Shown one piece after another: positions 46,681 through 57,280 of a stretch of DNA of 64,000 bases. Position 1 is the first letter of the stretch. The number at the start of each line of letters is the position of its first letter. The translations under genes were made by a program, and so were the position numbers. The DNA is from a virus (Duplodnaviria; Heunggongvirae; Uroviricota; Caudoviricetes): IMG/VR virus record IMGVR_UViG_2582581315_000004, positions 25,802-89,801 of that record. One strand, 5' to 3'. A model generated the notes under the pieces. That model did not search any database. It worked only from the letters and a program-made list of their open reading frames with translations, and was not told the origin of the DNA.

Positions 46681-47481
46681 GTGCGCGCGGCAATCTATCG
46701 GGTGCCAGGTCGGCACCATGAGGGCCATTTGGTCGCAATGGCAGATGGCCTTCAGAGGCATGGAGTGGAAACAGCATTCTTCACATCGATTCCAGATCAA
46801 CCGGTCGATTTCGCGGTCGTCTGGTCGTGGAGAGTGGGGCTGATGATCAGGAGCTACTTCAACGGCCCGATCCTCGTCATGGAGCGCGGATACATCGGCG
46901 ATCGGTTCGAGTGGACCTCGCTCGGATGGGATGGGCTCAATGGCCGCGCCCGGTTTACTGCAGTCAATGACCCCAGCAGGTTCGAGCGGCATTTCGGGCA
47001 TCTATTGAAGCCATGGAAGCAGGCGGGCGGTTACGCTCTGATCGTCGGGCAGGTTGTCGGCGATGCCGCACTGCTCGGAACAGATATCCACGCTTGGTAC
47101 CGTAGGGTCGGCGTCGAGCTTTGGAAGCAGGGATGGGACGTGAAGTTCCGCCAGCATCCGGTTGAGGTTCAGCGCGGGGATTCAGTCCCGCACGTCTCGT
47201 TCGCAGAGACGCTCAACGGGTCCCTCGACGAGGCTCTGGCGGGCGCCGGCATCGTGGTCACCTACAACAGCAACACTGGTGTCGACGCCATTCTCGCTGG
47301 CGTTCCAGTGCATGCGGCCGATGCCGGCTCGATGGTCTTCGATTTGGCCGCCCATGATCTCCAGGTGATCAAGCCAGAGCGGGAAAAGCGTCTGCGCGAG
47401 ATCGCTTGGACGCAGCACGGAATTGACGAGATCACGTCAGGCGCCGCCTGGGAGATCGCGCGGGAGTCAATGCAAGCATGA
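46681..47481 (+). CDS. hypothetical protein (possible glycosyltransferase-like)
   Basis: GTG start; 266 aa. Confidence 0.35.
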   Translation: MRAAIYRVPGRHHEGHLVAMADGLQRHGVETAFFTSIPDQPVDFAVVWSWRVGLMIRSYFNGPILVMERGYIGDRFEWTSLGWDGLNGRARFTAVNDPSRFERHFGHLLKPWKQAGGYALIVGQVVGDAALLGTDIHAWYRRVGVELWKQGWDVKFRQHPVEVQRGDSVPHVSFAETLNGSLDEALAGAGIVVTYNSNTGVDAILAGVPVHAADAGSMVFDLAAHDLQVIKPEREKRLREIAWTQHGIDEITSGAAWEIARESMQA

Positions 47482-47693
47482 CGCCATCTGGGTTTCGATC
47501 GCCTCTTCGTGGGGCGAACAACGTTGATTACGAAGCCATGAAAAGGAATGCGTTTCGAGATCAGGACATTCTGATCGTCAATATCAACGACACAAAGCTG
47601 CCGTGGCCGGAACGTGAACTGCTGAAATCGATCGGTGAGCGTCTCTACGGAAAGAAGCCGCCGAAGGTGCAGCATGGCCGGGAACAAGAATAG
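47478..47693 (+). CDS. hypothetical protein
   Basis: 71-aa ORF. Confidence 0.4.
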   Translation: MTPSGFRSPLRGANNVDYEAMKRNAFRDQDILIVNINDTKLPWPERELLKSIGERLYGKKPPKVQHGREQE

Positions 47694-48171
47694 CGGAGGC
47701 TCTGGCAAGCTCTCCGACGCCGAGAAGATTCGGCGAGGCACGTTCCGGCCAGATCGATCGGAAGCAGTCTATGCGGAGCGCGCCGCGGCGAATGTCGTCA
47801 CCGGCGCCTTTCTCTCCGAGATCCCGCTGCCGACCTTTCCCCTCAATGAGTTTGGGGCGGCGACCTACCGGAAGTTCGCTCAGCTGCTTCTTGAACAAGG
47901 AAAACTGACGTCTGTCACGGCGGCTCATTGCGAGTCGCTGGGCATGATCGACATGCGCATCAATGGGAAGATCACGGCCGGGAAGATCCCGACTGCCGAT
48001 GACATGAAGCAGCGCACTTCGGTGATAAGGATGCTCGGAGTTGCAGAAAACGCGCCAGTCATCGCGGGCGGCGGATCGAAAAACCGGTTCGAAGGCGCGG
48101 GGTTCAGTAATTCTCGCTCTTCGCCGTATCGACTGCGCCCATATCGAACCCCTGATACTGGAAAACTCTGA
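47674..48171 (+). CDS. terminase small subunit (P27 family)
   Basis: KLSDAEKIRRGTFRPDR is typical of the P27-family TerS. RBS GAAGGTGCAGC. Confidence 0.6.
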   Translation: MAGNKNSGGSGKLSDAEKIRRGTFRPDRSEAVYAERAAANVVTGAFLSEIPLPTFPLNEFGAATYRKFAQLLLEQGKLTSVTAAHCESLGMIDMRINGKITAGKIPTADDMKQRTSVIRMLGVAENAPVIAGGGSKNRFEGAGFSNSRSSPYRLRPYRTPDTGKL

Positions 48172-50002
48172 AACCGGCGAAGAGGAAGAATTACCAAACT
48201 ACCCTGAGATCGGCCACTTCTATGCGGAGTGCGTCTCTTCTGGGCGTTTGCCGACCAACAGGCTGCTGGTCGCGGCGGCAAAACGCTACCTCCGGATGCT
48301 GGAGATGGCGGATGATCCGAAATGCGAATTCTACTATTCGCCTGAGCACGTCGTCGACTTCTGCCGGTTCGGTGAGCGCCTCCGCCACTTCGAAAGCGGC
48401 AACTGGGAAATCAACCAGGTAGACGCAGACGGCAATCCAGACCCGAGCATCATCCTCGAGCCATTTGAAATATGGATCGAGTCAGCTTGCCAAGGGTTCC
48501 GCCGTCGGCTGAATGGGACAAGGCTTGTCGAGACGGCCTTCGAGCTCATCCCGAGAAAGAATGCGAAGAGCTTGCGCGCCGCTCGCGCCGCACTCTTCGA
48601 ATTGTGCTGCTCAGGAACGCTCGGTCCGGAGATTCCGATCGCCGCCGCGACAGCAAAGCAGGCTGACGACACGCTGTTCGGCGACATCGTTAAGATGGTC
48701 AACAACGACGAGGATCTGCGAGAGAAATACGGGCTTCGCGTCACAAAGGATGAGATCACCCGCGGTGAAGGCAAGATCTTCAAGCTTTCGTCACAAGGCG
48801 AACGCCAGGACGGTCTGAACCCAAGCTTGGCACTTTTCGAAGAAGGCCACGCCGGCGCTGCCAGCGTCTATAAGGTCGTCGACTCCGCTTTCGGTGCGCG
48901 GCCAAACGCGCAGCGCCGGATGATTACGACAGCCGGGTATCGCGCCGAGGGGCCGGCCTTTGATCTGCTGAAGCAAGCAGAGATGGTGCTGATCGGCGGG
49001 ATGGAGGATTACACCCTCTTCGCCGCTATCTATACACTCGATCCGGAGGACTATCAGAACCCAGAGACGAAGGCGATCGACTGGGAACGACTTCTGACGC
49101 GGCCTGAATTGATCGCGAGGGCGAATCCCATGTACGGGGTCAGCCTTGATCCGGTGAAGATCAACTCTTCGGTGCTCCAGGCCTTCAAGATGAGGCCTGA
49201 CAAGCGCGGTGAGGTGGCGCGAACCAGGTTCAACATTTGGACCGGCGCCGGCTTGACGCTGATCGAAGCCGCGGCGTGGTCATCTTGTTTTCATAAGGGT
49301 CTCGACCTTTCGCAGTTCCTTGGCAGGAAGTGCTGGATCGGCGTCGACTTGGGCCAAGTTCTCGATATGTGCGCGATCGTGCTCCTATTCGAGTTGCCAA
49401 ACGACTGCCTAGCGGTGTTCGGCCAGTTCTATCTTCCGGAAGCGTCGCCAACGGCGGAAAACCCGGATCTGATCGACCATTTGGCGCTCTGGGAAGAGCA
49501 GGGCTACCTGTATCTCACGCCCGGTCCGCTGGCCGACCATGATTTTGTCAGAAGTCACGTCGAGCAGTTTTGCCAGATATTCGACGTGCAGGTGATCGCG
49601 TGTGACCCGCACCAGGCTCACAACACTGTCAAGCACCTCTGGGACGGCAACAAACCAGTGATGGTTTACCCGAACAGCGCGAAGACGATGACTCCGCCGA
49701 CTGACGATATCATCGGCCGCGTAGCAACCCAGCGGATCCTGCACGACAACAACCCTGTTCTCTCCTGGATGGTTGGCAACACCCATGGCGATCGATGGCC
49801 CAATGGTTCGATCATGCCGAGGAAAGACAAGAAGGACTCGCCACGCAAGATCGATGGGTTCGTCGCCATGTGCTTTGCAAATGGATGCAGGCTGAACCCC
49901 GATGAAGCGAAGCCGGCCGGCGAGGCGCAAGGCGTCAACACGGATCCTTACTTCCATCGCGGCTTGATTGGATTCGAAAATTTGGAAAATGCGAATGGTT
50001 GA
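48041..50002 (+). CDS. terminase large subunit (start uncertain)
   Basis: Long ORF directly upstream of the portal gene. The open frame begins at TTG 48041 inside terS; the first ATG is at 48297. Confidence 0.6.
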   Translation: MQKTRQSSRAADRKTGSKARGSVILALRRIDCAHIEPLILENSETGEEEELPNYPEIGHFYAECVSSGRLPTNRLLVAAAKRYLRMLEMADDPKCEFYYSPEHVVDFCRFGERLRHFESGNWEINQVDADGNPDPSIILEPFEIWIESACQGFRRRLNGTRLVETAFELIPRKNAKSLRAARAALFELCCSGTLGPEIPIAAATAKQADDTLFGDIVKMVNNDEDLREKYGLRVTKDEITRGEGKIFKLSSQGERQDGLNPSLALFEEGHAGAASVYKVVDSAFGARPNAQRRMITTAGYRAEGPAFDLLKQAEMVLIGGMEDYTLFAAIYTLDPEDYQNPETKAIDWERLLTRPELIARANPMYGVSLDPVKINSSVLQAFKMRPDKRGEVARTRFNIWTGAGLTLIEAAAWSSCFHKGLDLSQFLGRKCWIGVDLGQVLDMCAIVLLFELPNDCLAVFGQFYLPEASPTAENPDLIDHLALWEEQGYLYLTPGPLADHDFVRSHVEQFCQIFDVQVIACDPHQAHNTVKHLWDGNKPVMVYPNSAKTMTPPTDDIIGRVATQRILHDNNPVLSWMVGNTHGDRWPNGSIMPRKDKKDSPRKIDGFVAMCFANGCRLNPDEAKPAGEAQGVNTDPYFHRGLIGFENLENANG

Positions 50003-51365
50003 TGACCTGATCGTTCAGAATGAAACAGCCGGCGGAAACCAGCTGGAGCTGTTCGAGAAAAGTCATGGTGAAGAGATGACCATGTCTCAGTTCGCTGAGT
50101 GGGTGGACGGCAATCTCGCCGGCACCAGCGTCGTGAGGGCATTGCAGATCGGCGCTTTGATGCTTTGCTGCGATGTCATCGCGCAAGATCTTTCCAAGGC
50201 TACATTCCGCATGCGGCAGCTGCTGGAAAACGGCACATCAAAGGTTGTCGATCCACGTCGCAATGACATGGCAGCCTTCCTGAAGCTGGAGCCGAACCAG
50301 CGGCACACATGGCGCAACTTTATCGAGATGATGGTTTACTGGTCATGCTTCACCGACAACGCCTACGCCGGCGTCATCCGCGCGAACGATGACACGCCAT
50401 TGGCACTGATCCCGTTCCAAACGGGAAGGGTGATTGAAAAGATCTTCGGCCGGGATGTCTTCTACGAAGTCACGGCGTCTTCGCTGCAAGAGCAGGCGCT
50501 GCTCGGATCGTCATTCCGCGTCTTCCCCGAGCGCGACATGATTCATGTGCGCACTCGAATGCTTGACGGGATGTACGGCTATTCGACCTTGGCGGCTGGC
50601 CGCAAGACGCTCGAGATCATGAACAATATCGCCGAATTCCGGAACAATATCTTCGGCGAAGAGGGGATGATTCGAGGCGTCTTCAGCCGAGACAATCTTG
50701 AACCAATCCCCGAAACGATTTTTCAGCGCCTACGGATGCAATTCAAGGAATTGATGCAGAAGTTCCGGAAGCAGACGGAACCTATCGTCCTCGAAGGCGG
50801 AGTAAAATTCGTGCCTATCTCCTCCAGGCCCGATGAATTGGAGCTGGTCAAGGAGTTCGAAGCGCAGATCAATGAAGTCTGCCGCATGTTTCGCATGCCC
50901 CCGCATAAGATTTTCCTGATGGACGGGTCGAAGTACGACAATCTCGAAACCCAGGAAAAGATGTATGTCGGCGACACGCTGATCCCGCGGGCGGAGGCCT
51001 TCGAGGAGCAGTTTGCGAAGATACTTCTCTCCCGCAATGATCGCCTGAACTACTTCTTTGAGTTCGATCGCTCAGAGATGACGCTCCGCGACACGAAAGC
51101 CGAAACCGATCGCACTATCCGAGCGCTGGAACGCGGCGCCATCGAAGTTGATGAAGCCCGCGCCGTCTTTGGCTTGAATCCGTTGCCCAACGGGGCGGGG
51201 CAAGTTCGCCTGGTGCCGGTGAATATGAACCTCGTTGACCGCGACAATGAAGTGGTTATCGGAGGCGCGGCGCCGCCGGCGGATAGCTCGCAGAACGACA
51301 ACCCCGAACAACCAACCGAAGAGCCCGCAGCCGACAAGGCAGTTGCTCTGCGTATCGTGAAATAA
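49989..51365 (+). CDS. portal protein (HK97-like)
   Basis: Size and position match a portal. Start overlaps the terL stop. Confidence 0.65.
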   Translation: MRMVDDLIVQNETAGGNQLELFEKSHGEEMTMSQFAEWVDGNLAGTSVVRALQIGALMLCCDVIAQDLSKATFRMRQLLENGTSKVVDPRRNDMAAFLKLEPNQRHTWRNFIEMMVYWSCFTDNAYAGVIRANDDTPLALIPFQTGRVIEKIFGRDVFYEVTASSLQEQALLGSSFRVFPERDMIHVRTRMLDGMYGYSTLAAGRKTLEIMNNIAEFRNNIFGEEGMIRGVFSRDNLEPIPETIFQRLRMQFKELMQKFRKQTEPIVLEGGVKFVPISSRPDELELVKEFEAQINEVCRMFRMPPHKIFLMDGSKYDNLETQEKMYVGDTLIPRAEAFEEQFAKILLSRNDRLNYFFEFDRSEMTLRDTKAETDRTIRALERGAIEVDEARAVFGLNPLPNGAGQVRLVPVNMNLVDRDNEVVIGGAAPPADSSQNDNPEQPTEEPAADKAVALRIVK

Positions 51366-51376
51366 GGAGTGAATGG

Positions 51377-52762
51377 ATGCTGAAGTTCAAGAAGGCTTCG
51401 GCCGATGAGGTGCGCGCGAAGCGGAAAGAGCACGTGAAGGATCTTTCGGCCGGCACCGCCATGATGAAAGGTTTCAAAGCTCCCCCGTCCTGGAACAAAG
51501 ATACCCGCAGCGCTCGCTTCATCATGTCGTCGGAAAGCGTCGACCGCTACCGCGATATCGTCGTCCAGTCTGGTATTGACACGACGGCATTCGAGGCCAA
51601 CCCGCAGGGGCTTCTGTTCCACAACAGCCGGGGATGGCCGATCGGGCTTTGGTCCGATATCACGAAAATTCTCTCCGGCCGTCCGAAGCGCACCGAAGGC
51701 GTATTGAACTTCCTCCCGGAGGGCACCGACGCCGACGCCGATCGCGCGGCTCGCCATGTTGAAGCAGGCACAATGCGCACCGTTTCCATCGGGTTCATTC
51801 CCGATTGGGAGGACGTCGATTTCATCCTCGACGAGGAAGAAGACTGGACCGGCGGGTTCCGCTTCAACAAGTGCGAACTGATCGAATGCTCGCTTGTCCC
51901 GATCCCAGCCCAACCGGATGCAATGGTCAAGGATGCCAGCGGCGACATGAAGCTGGCCCGTGAGCTGATCGAAGACATCCTCGACACCTACACCAAGACC
52001 CCTGAAGGTCTGCTGGTTCCTCTCGACGCTTATCGTGAGAAGCACCTCGAGCTCGGTGGCAATCGCACTTCGATCATCGTCGACAAGTCCCTTCTCCAGG
52101 CTGTGAAATTCGTCGCCCCGAAGGACATGAAAATCTCGGCATCCACCAACGATGAGGCAAAGGCCTTCATCGGCGCCAAGGTCGCGCTGGATCAGAAGCA
52201 CGCTGAGAACAAGGATGTTGTCGAGCACTGGGCTAAGGATTCCGGCGAGGTGATCGACAGCTGGATCGTGCCTGAGGGTGAATTCAAGGGCGTCCACGCG
52301 CTCGCCGTCGAATTCATCACGACGCACGGCATCAGCGGAATGCTTCGCGGGGCAAAGGCCGAGCGCTTCCTTCTGATCAAGTCGGATGATGAAGGCGATC
52401 CCGACGAGGAGGACCCTGACGACCAGGACGATCCCGAAGTCGAGGGGGACGCGGTTGAAGATCCGGAGACCGAAGAGTCGAAGTCAATGACGATCAAACT
52501 GAACGTTGGCTCCAATGTCGTCGAAACGCGCAAGCAGGTGGAGGAGCTCGAGTCGACGATTGATCGGGTTATCGGCAAGTTCGCCAAGCTCTTTGGTCGA
52601 TCGACGAAAGACAATGCTCCCATCGAGAAGAAGGAGCCTGAACTGACGGTTGAACCGGAAGTCAGGGAGCCTCCGACCGAAGCAGAAATTACGGCCGCCA
52701 AAGCGCGCGCCGCAGCAATTCGCGAACGTCTAATCGCGAAAGCAATGATCTCCGCGGAATAA
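51377..52762 (+). CDS. HK97-family prohead protease with long acidic C-terminal (scaffold-like) extension
   Basis: FIMSSESVDRYRDIV...ECSLVPIPAQPDA matches Peptidase_S78. 461 aa is long for the protease alone. Confidence 0.65.
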   Translation: MLKFKKASADEVRAKRKEHVKDLSAGTAMMKGFKAPPSWNKDTRSARFIMSSESVDRYRDIVVQSGIDTTAFEANPQGLLFHNSRGWPIGLWSDITKILSGRPKRTEGVLNFLPEGTDADADRAARHVEAGTMRTVSIGFIPDWEDVDFILDEEEDWTGGFRFNKCELIECSLVPIPAQPDAMVKDASGDMKLARELIEDILDTYTKTPEGLLVPLDAYREKHLELGGNRTSIIVDKSLLQAVKFVAPKDMKISASTNDEAKAFIGAKVALDQKHAENKDVVEHWAKDSGEVIDSWIVPEGEFKGVHALAVEFITTHGISGMLRGAKAERFLLIKSDDEGDPDEEDPDDQDDPEVEGDAVEDPETEESKSMTIKLNVGSNVVETRKQVEELESTIDRVIGKFAKLFGRSTKDNAPIEKKEPELTVEPEVREPPTEAEITAAKARAAAIRERLIAKAMISAE

Positions 52763-52857
52763 CCCGCCGGATCACAGAACTCCCTCCCGGGCCAACCGAA
52801 GGGATCACCAGGCTGCCGAAAGGCGGCCTTTTTTTATGCCAACCAGGAGAACATTCC

Positions 52858-54177
52858 ATGAATCTGGCACAGCTTCGCGCCCGGCTGAAGGAACTCGCGG
52901 GTGAAATCGACGTCCTTACGAAGAAGGACTCCATGTCTGCCGACGATCTCGTGCAGATCGACGCAACGACGAAGGAACTGGAAGAGGTCGAGAAGAATAT
53001 CGACATCCTCCAGAAGGCGGAGGCCGCCCGCATCCGCGCCGCTGCTCCTGCCGCCGCTCATATCACTGAGCAGCGCACTCTGCCGGCCGAGCCTGTGCAG
53101 AAGCTGACCACGTCCGAAAAGATCGGTCTCATGGTCGCCGGTATGGCCAAGGCTCATATCGAAACCGGCATGAAGGGTGCAGCCGCTACCTTCAAGGCGA
53201 TGGAAGACGCAGGCTTCGGCACTGTCGCGAAGGAATTCGCCGATGCGCACAAGCAGCGCGCGCTGAACTCTGGTTCCGCGGCCGCCGGCGGCGTTCTCGT
53301 CCCGGAAAATATGGCGAACGAGATCATCGATATCCTTCGCCCGAATACCACCTTCCTGCAGGCCGGCCCGCGCCGTGTTCCGCTGATCGGTGGCAACTAC
53401 AAGGTCCCGGCCGCTGCCTCTGGCGCGACCGCTGGCTGGCGTGGTGAAGGCAAGCCGGTTGCGACGAGTCAGCCGACCTTCAAAGACATCAACATGACCA
53501 CCAAGTTCCTGGACACGTTGGTGCCACTCACCAACCAGCTGATCCGCTTCTCGCTGCCGGACGTCCGCGCCTGGGTCGAGATGGATATGTCTCAGTCCAT
53601 GGGCGTTGAGCTCGACCGAGCCGCCTACTACGGCTCCGGCACGGTCAACCAGCCTCTCGGCATCACCAAGATCCAGGGCATCTTCCGTCAGGCAGCAACT
53701 GGCGGGCAGGCCCCGACGATCACACAGATCGAGTCGGATGCGTCTGATCTCGAACTGTCGATGATGAACGCCAATCTGCCGATGCTTGGCGCGGCTTGGG
53801 TCATGAACCCGACCACGTTCATCTTTCTGCAGAACCTGCGCGACAGCCTCGGCAACCGGTTCTATCCGGAATTGCAGAACGCGACGCCGACCTGGCGCAA
53901 CAAGCGCGTTTTCGTCACGACGCAGGTTCCTGCCAACGGCGGCGTCACCACGGACGAATCCGAAATCTTGCTGGTCGCCTTCGGCCACGTGCTGTTCGGT
54001 GAAGGTACCTCGATCTCCTTCTACGTCTCGAACGAAGCCTCCTATGTCAAGGATGGCGTCACGGTCTCCGCTTTCCAGAGCGATCTCACGCTGATCAAGG
54101 CCTCGGCCGAAGCAGACGTCGATATGCGCTACCTGGAATCGGTCGCGGTTCTCTCGAGCGTACGTTGGGGTCGATAA
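52858..54177 (+). CDS. major capsid protein (HK97 fold)
   Basis: N-terminal coiled-coil delta-like region followed by a capsid core. Sits downstream of the protease. Confidence 0.7.
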   Translation: MNLAQLRARLKELAGEIDVLTKKDSMSADDLVQIDATTKELEEVEKNIDILQKAEAARIRAAAPAAAHITEQRTLPAEPVQKLTTSEKIGLMVAGMAKAHIETGMKGAAATFKAMEDAGFGTVAKEFADAHKQRALNSGSAAAGGVLVPENMANEIIDILRPNTTFLQAGPRRVPLIGGNYKVPAAASGATAGWRGEGKPVATSQPTFKDINMTTKFLDTLVPLTNQLIRFSLPDVRAWVEMDMSQSMGVELDRAAYYGSGTVNQPLGITKIQGIFRQAATGGQAPTITQIESDASDLELSMMNANLPMLGAAWVMNPTTFIFLQNLRDSLGNRFYPELQNATPTWRNKRVFVTTQVPANGGVTTDESEILLVAFGHVLFGEGTSISFYVSNEASYVKDGVTVSAFQSDLTLIKASAEADVDMRYLESVAVLSSVRWGR

Positions 54178-54204
54178 GACCCCAACTCTTCCAACAGGAG
54201 AGCC

Positions 54205-54594
54205 TTGATGAAGATCATCAAAAAGACGGGGCTTGTCGCCGTCCATGGGAAGCACGACAAGCGAGTTTTCGGCGTACTGCCGGGGATCGCGTTGAAGGGG
54301 GTCGCTGAAGGCTCCCTTTTCCTCGTCGATATTCCCGACGACATCGAAACTGTCGATCTCGAAACGCCGGCGCCGGAGAAAACGGCCAAGGTGGTTGAGG
54401 TCGATGGCGTCGTGCAGATTCCCGACAATTGGGAAGAACTGCACTATGCAACGCAGATCGTGCTGGCGAAGAACATCGTCGGCGGTGATTTGCCCGAGTC
54501 CGAAGAGAAGAAACCGGTTGAGATCGCTCGCGAAATCATCCGGGAAGAACTTGCCCGTCGCGCTGACGACGGCGCTTCGCACGAGGCCGAATAG
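54205..54594 (+). CDS. hypothetical head-associated protein
   Basis: 129-aa ORF. Confidence 0.4.
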   Translation: MMKIIKKTGLVAVHGKHDKRVFGVLPGIALKGVAEGSLFLVDIPDDIETVDLETPAPEKTAKVVEVDGVVQIPDNWEELHYATQIVLAKNIVGGDLPESEEKKPVEIAREIIREELARRADDGASHEAE

Positions 54595-54653
54595 GCCACC
54601 TTCCACCCACAATTCCGACTGAAATCGGATTGAACGCATGAAGGAGAAAATCC

Positions 54654-55160
54654 ATGCGCGCAAATTTTCTTAACGGGGGTGCCTTCGCTCGGTCCGCCCG
54701 TGGTTCTGGCAACAATGCCGCAACCGCCGGCGGCACAGGCGATGCGACCGAAGTCAACGGCGCTTGGCAGTCGCGGATGAGCAAGGGCGGTATCGCTCTC
54801 TCTGCAAAGCTCGTGATCAGCTATACCGCCACGCTCGCCGCCGGCGCCACGCTGACCTTCGCCGGCAATTTCCAGGACGCGCTCGACGCGGCCGGCGTGG
54901 GTGCAGCCGACTTCGGTGCCGCGGTACCGGCAACCGTTGTCGCGACCGGCGCCTCCGGCGGCAGCACTGAAACCGGTACCTTCGAGATCGACGTCGATCT
55001 TTCCGGTGCACGGGAATTCATCCGCTCGCAGATCACGCCCAATCTGTCGGCAAGCGCCACGGATACCGCCGCCTGGCACATGGACTACGTGCTCTTTGGC
55101 GATCACCGCGAGCCGAACACGAAATCCACGGTGAACATCGGTTCCGTCGACGGCATCTGA
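54654..55160 (+). CDS. hypothetical Ala/Gly-rich head protein (decoration-like)
   Basis: 168-aa ORF. Confidence 0.4.
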   Translation: MRANFLNGGAFARSARGSGNNAATAGGTGDATEVNGAWQSRMSKGGIALSAKLVISYTATLAAGATLTFAGNFQDALDAAGVGAADFGAAVPATVVATGASGGSTETGTFEIDVDLSGAREFIRSQITPNLSASATDTAAWHMDYVLFGDHREPNTKSTVNIGSVDGI

Positions 55161-55221
55161 GCCGAATGAAAACTCCTCGAAAGGGCGGATCAATCCGCCC
55201 TTCGAACTCCAGGAGGTGGCG

Positions 55222-55335
55222 ATGGCTACTGAAAAGACTCCGGTCAAGCCGAAGCCGGTTCAACCGGTAAAGGATCTTCCGCGAGTGCCCAGAGACATGG
55301 TGCCCGGGCGCCGTGGCGCTTACACAACGCGGTGA
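55222..55335 (+). CDS. 37-aa Lys/Pro-rich micro-protein
   Basis: Strong RBS AGGAGGTGGCG precedes the ATG. Not present in the ORF track. Confidence 0.35.
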   Translation: MATEKTPVKPKPVQPVKDLPRVPRDMVPGRRGAYTTR

Positions 55336-55338
55336 TCC

Positions 55339-55962
55339 ATGCTCGATATAGAGATCGTTACGCAGCCGACCAAGACCGCACTCGACATAGTGTCCGTAAA
55401 TGAGCTCGCGGACCACCTGCGTCTCACGACAACACTGAGGAGGAACGCTGTCTGGATCGCGAATATGACGGCTGCCATCAACGAGGCCGTCGACAAGATC
55501 CATGGGTTCGCCGGCGAATTGAACCGGATGGTTCTGCCGTGCACGGTGAAGCGATATCTCACGGCGTTCCCGGCTTCCGGCAAGCCAATCTACCTTCCAT
55601 ATCCGGATCTGATCTCCCTAGATGCAATCACGATTGAGGATGGCGCGAGTCCTCCAAACAATCTTGATCCATCGTTTTATACGATGACGAGGGCCTTGGT
55701 ACCCGAGGTCTATTCCACCGGGACATGGCCTCAAATGACAGCCAGGCCGCGGGCTGTCTCTGTGACTTACAAGGCGGGTTACGTGGATTTCCCGCCGAAC
55801 ATCAAGCGGTACGTCAAAATTCTCGCCGCTCACATGATGGAAAACCCGGAGGCCACCATTCTCGAGCCTCGGCAGATGCAAATCAACCGCAAGGTCGAAT
55901 TCGGCATCGATAGCCTTCGCGCGGCTCTCCGCATCCCAGTGTCATACGACGACTGGCTCTAA
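55339..55962 (+). CDS. gp6-like head-tail connector protein
   Basis: N-terminus LVSVNELADHLRLTT fits the gp6-like connector pattern. Confidence 0.55.
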   Translation: MLDIEIVTQPTKTALDIVSVNELADHLRLTTTLRRNAVWIANMTAAINEAVDKIHGFAGELNRMVLPCTVKRYLTAFPASGKPIYLPYPDLISLDAITIEDGASPPNNLDPSFYTMTRALVPEVYSTGTWPQMTARPRAVSVTYKAGYVDFPPNIKRYVKILAAHMMENPEATILEPRQMQINRKVEFGIDSLRAALRIPVSYDDWL

Positions 55963-55973
55963 GAGGACTATCG

Positions 55974-57278
55974 ATGGTCGTAAGGATGGATAAGGACGTT
56001 CTCGAGGCGTGGGCAAAGCGCCTCGGTGAACTGGTTCGTGAAGGGTATGCACCTCCCGGCACAAGAGTTGCCAGTGGGGAGATCAACGCTACCACAGCAA
56101 TTGCTCTGGAGTTGGGAATCAAGCAGGGCACGATGCAAAAGCATGTGCTTCGGATGAAAGAGGCTGGCTTCGCTCGCTTCTGGACCTCCGAGGGCTCGAA
56201 GGCAGCCAAGCCAGAGCCAACACGATCGGAAGTTCACGACGCAGCGTTCTGGCGCAAGAAGTTCACATCAGCCGATCGCGAACTTGCCGAGGCGGAACAT
56301 CTCGTTGGACAATTGGCGGGCGTAAGGGACACCCAATTTGCGGTGCCAGAATGGCTGCTTCTTCCCGGCTCCGAACGCCGTGGCCGCTCGGTGATCGGTT
56401 GCTTGGTCTCTGACGTCCATGATGGCGAGGTCATCAATGCGGAGGAGATCAACGGGATCAATGCGTTCGATCCCGACATTTGCGAGCGACGGATGCATCG
56501 CTACTACTCGGCAGTCTGCACGATCGGGCAGCGCTGGGCCGACGATACCGATTGTAGAGGCGTCCTTTTGGCGCTGGCCGGCGATCTTATGTCTGGGGAC
56601 ATCCATGAGGAGCTCCGGATCACAAACGCTCTGACGAGCCAGGAGCAGTGCATTCACGCAACTTCTGTGCACGTTGCCGGAATGAGGATGCTGCTCGAGA
56701 CATACGGCAAGATCCATGTCGTGGGTGTCCCGGGTAACCACGGGCGATCGACGCACAAGCCGACGGCCAAGCTCTATGCCAGACTGTCCTACGACATTCT
56801 GATCCTGGCGATGATCGCCAGCCATTTCGTTGATGACAGCCGCGTCACCTTCCAATACGGCGCCGCGAAAGATCAGATGACGCCGGTGTTCGGCCGGACT
56901 GTGTTCACGACGCACGGCGACAAGATAGGCACCAAGGGCGGTATGGGCTTCGCGGGACCGGTGCTTCCGATTGTGCGTGGCTCGAAAAAGATTGAAGCCC
57001 AGCAAGCCGGCATTGGCCGCCGGCCGGACCTAATTCAGTTCGGGCATTACCACACGACGGCGAATCCGGGGAATATCCTCGCGAACGGCTCGGTGCCTGG
57101 CTACTCGGAATATGCAGATGATCTGCGTGCCGTCGTCGAGCCGCCGCAGCAGTGGGCATACCTGCTCCACGACAAATGGTGGATGCGCGAGCGAATGCCG
57201 ATCCAGTTGGAAGACCCGGGCGTGCCTGAGTTGCCTCGAGTCAAGGTGCCAGCCGGTTGGCAGGCGGTCGCAGAGTAG
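55974..57278 (+). CDS. calcineurin-like metallophosphoesterase with N-terminal extension
   Basis: GDLMSGDIHEEL, GNHGRS and GHYHTT are the characteristic metallophosphoesterase motifs. Confidence 0.6.
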   Translation: MVVRMDKDVLEAWAKRLGELVREGYAPPGTRVASGEINATTAIALELGIKQGTMQKHVLRMKEAGFARFWTSEGSKAAKPEPTRSEVHDAAFWRKKFTSADRELAEAEHLVGQLAGVRDTQFAVPEWLLLPGSERRGRSVIGCLVSDVHDGEVINAEEINGINAFDPDICERRMHRYYSAVCTIGQRWADDTDCRGVLLALAGDLMSGDIHEELRITNALTSQEQCIHATSVHVAGMRMLLETYGKIHVVGVPGNHGRSTHKPTAKLYARLSYDILILAMIASHFVDDSRVTFQYGAAKDQMTPVFGRTVFTTHGDKIGTKGGMGFAGPVLPIVRGSKKIEAQQAGIGRRPDLIQFGHYHTTANPGNILANGSVPGYSEYADDLRAVVEPPQQWAYLLHDKWWMRERMPIQLEDPGVPELPRVKVPAGWQAVAE

Positions 57279-57280
57279 CC

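Noticed and set aside
52834-54663. 609-aa minus-strand ORF, and the 51050-52327 minus-strand ORF
   Set aside because: Both are antisense to the capsid and protease genes of the late operon. They are GC-rich spurious frames.
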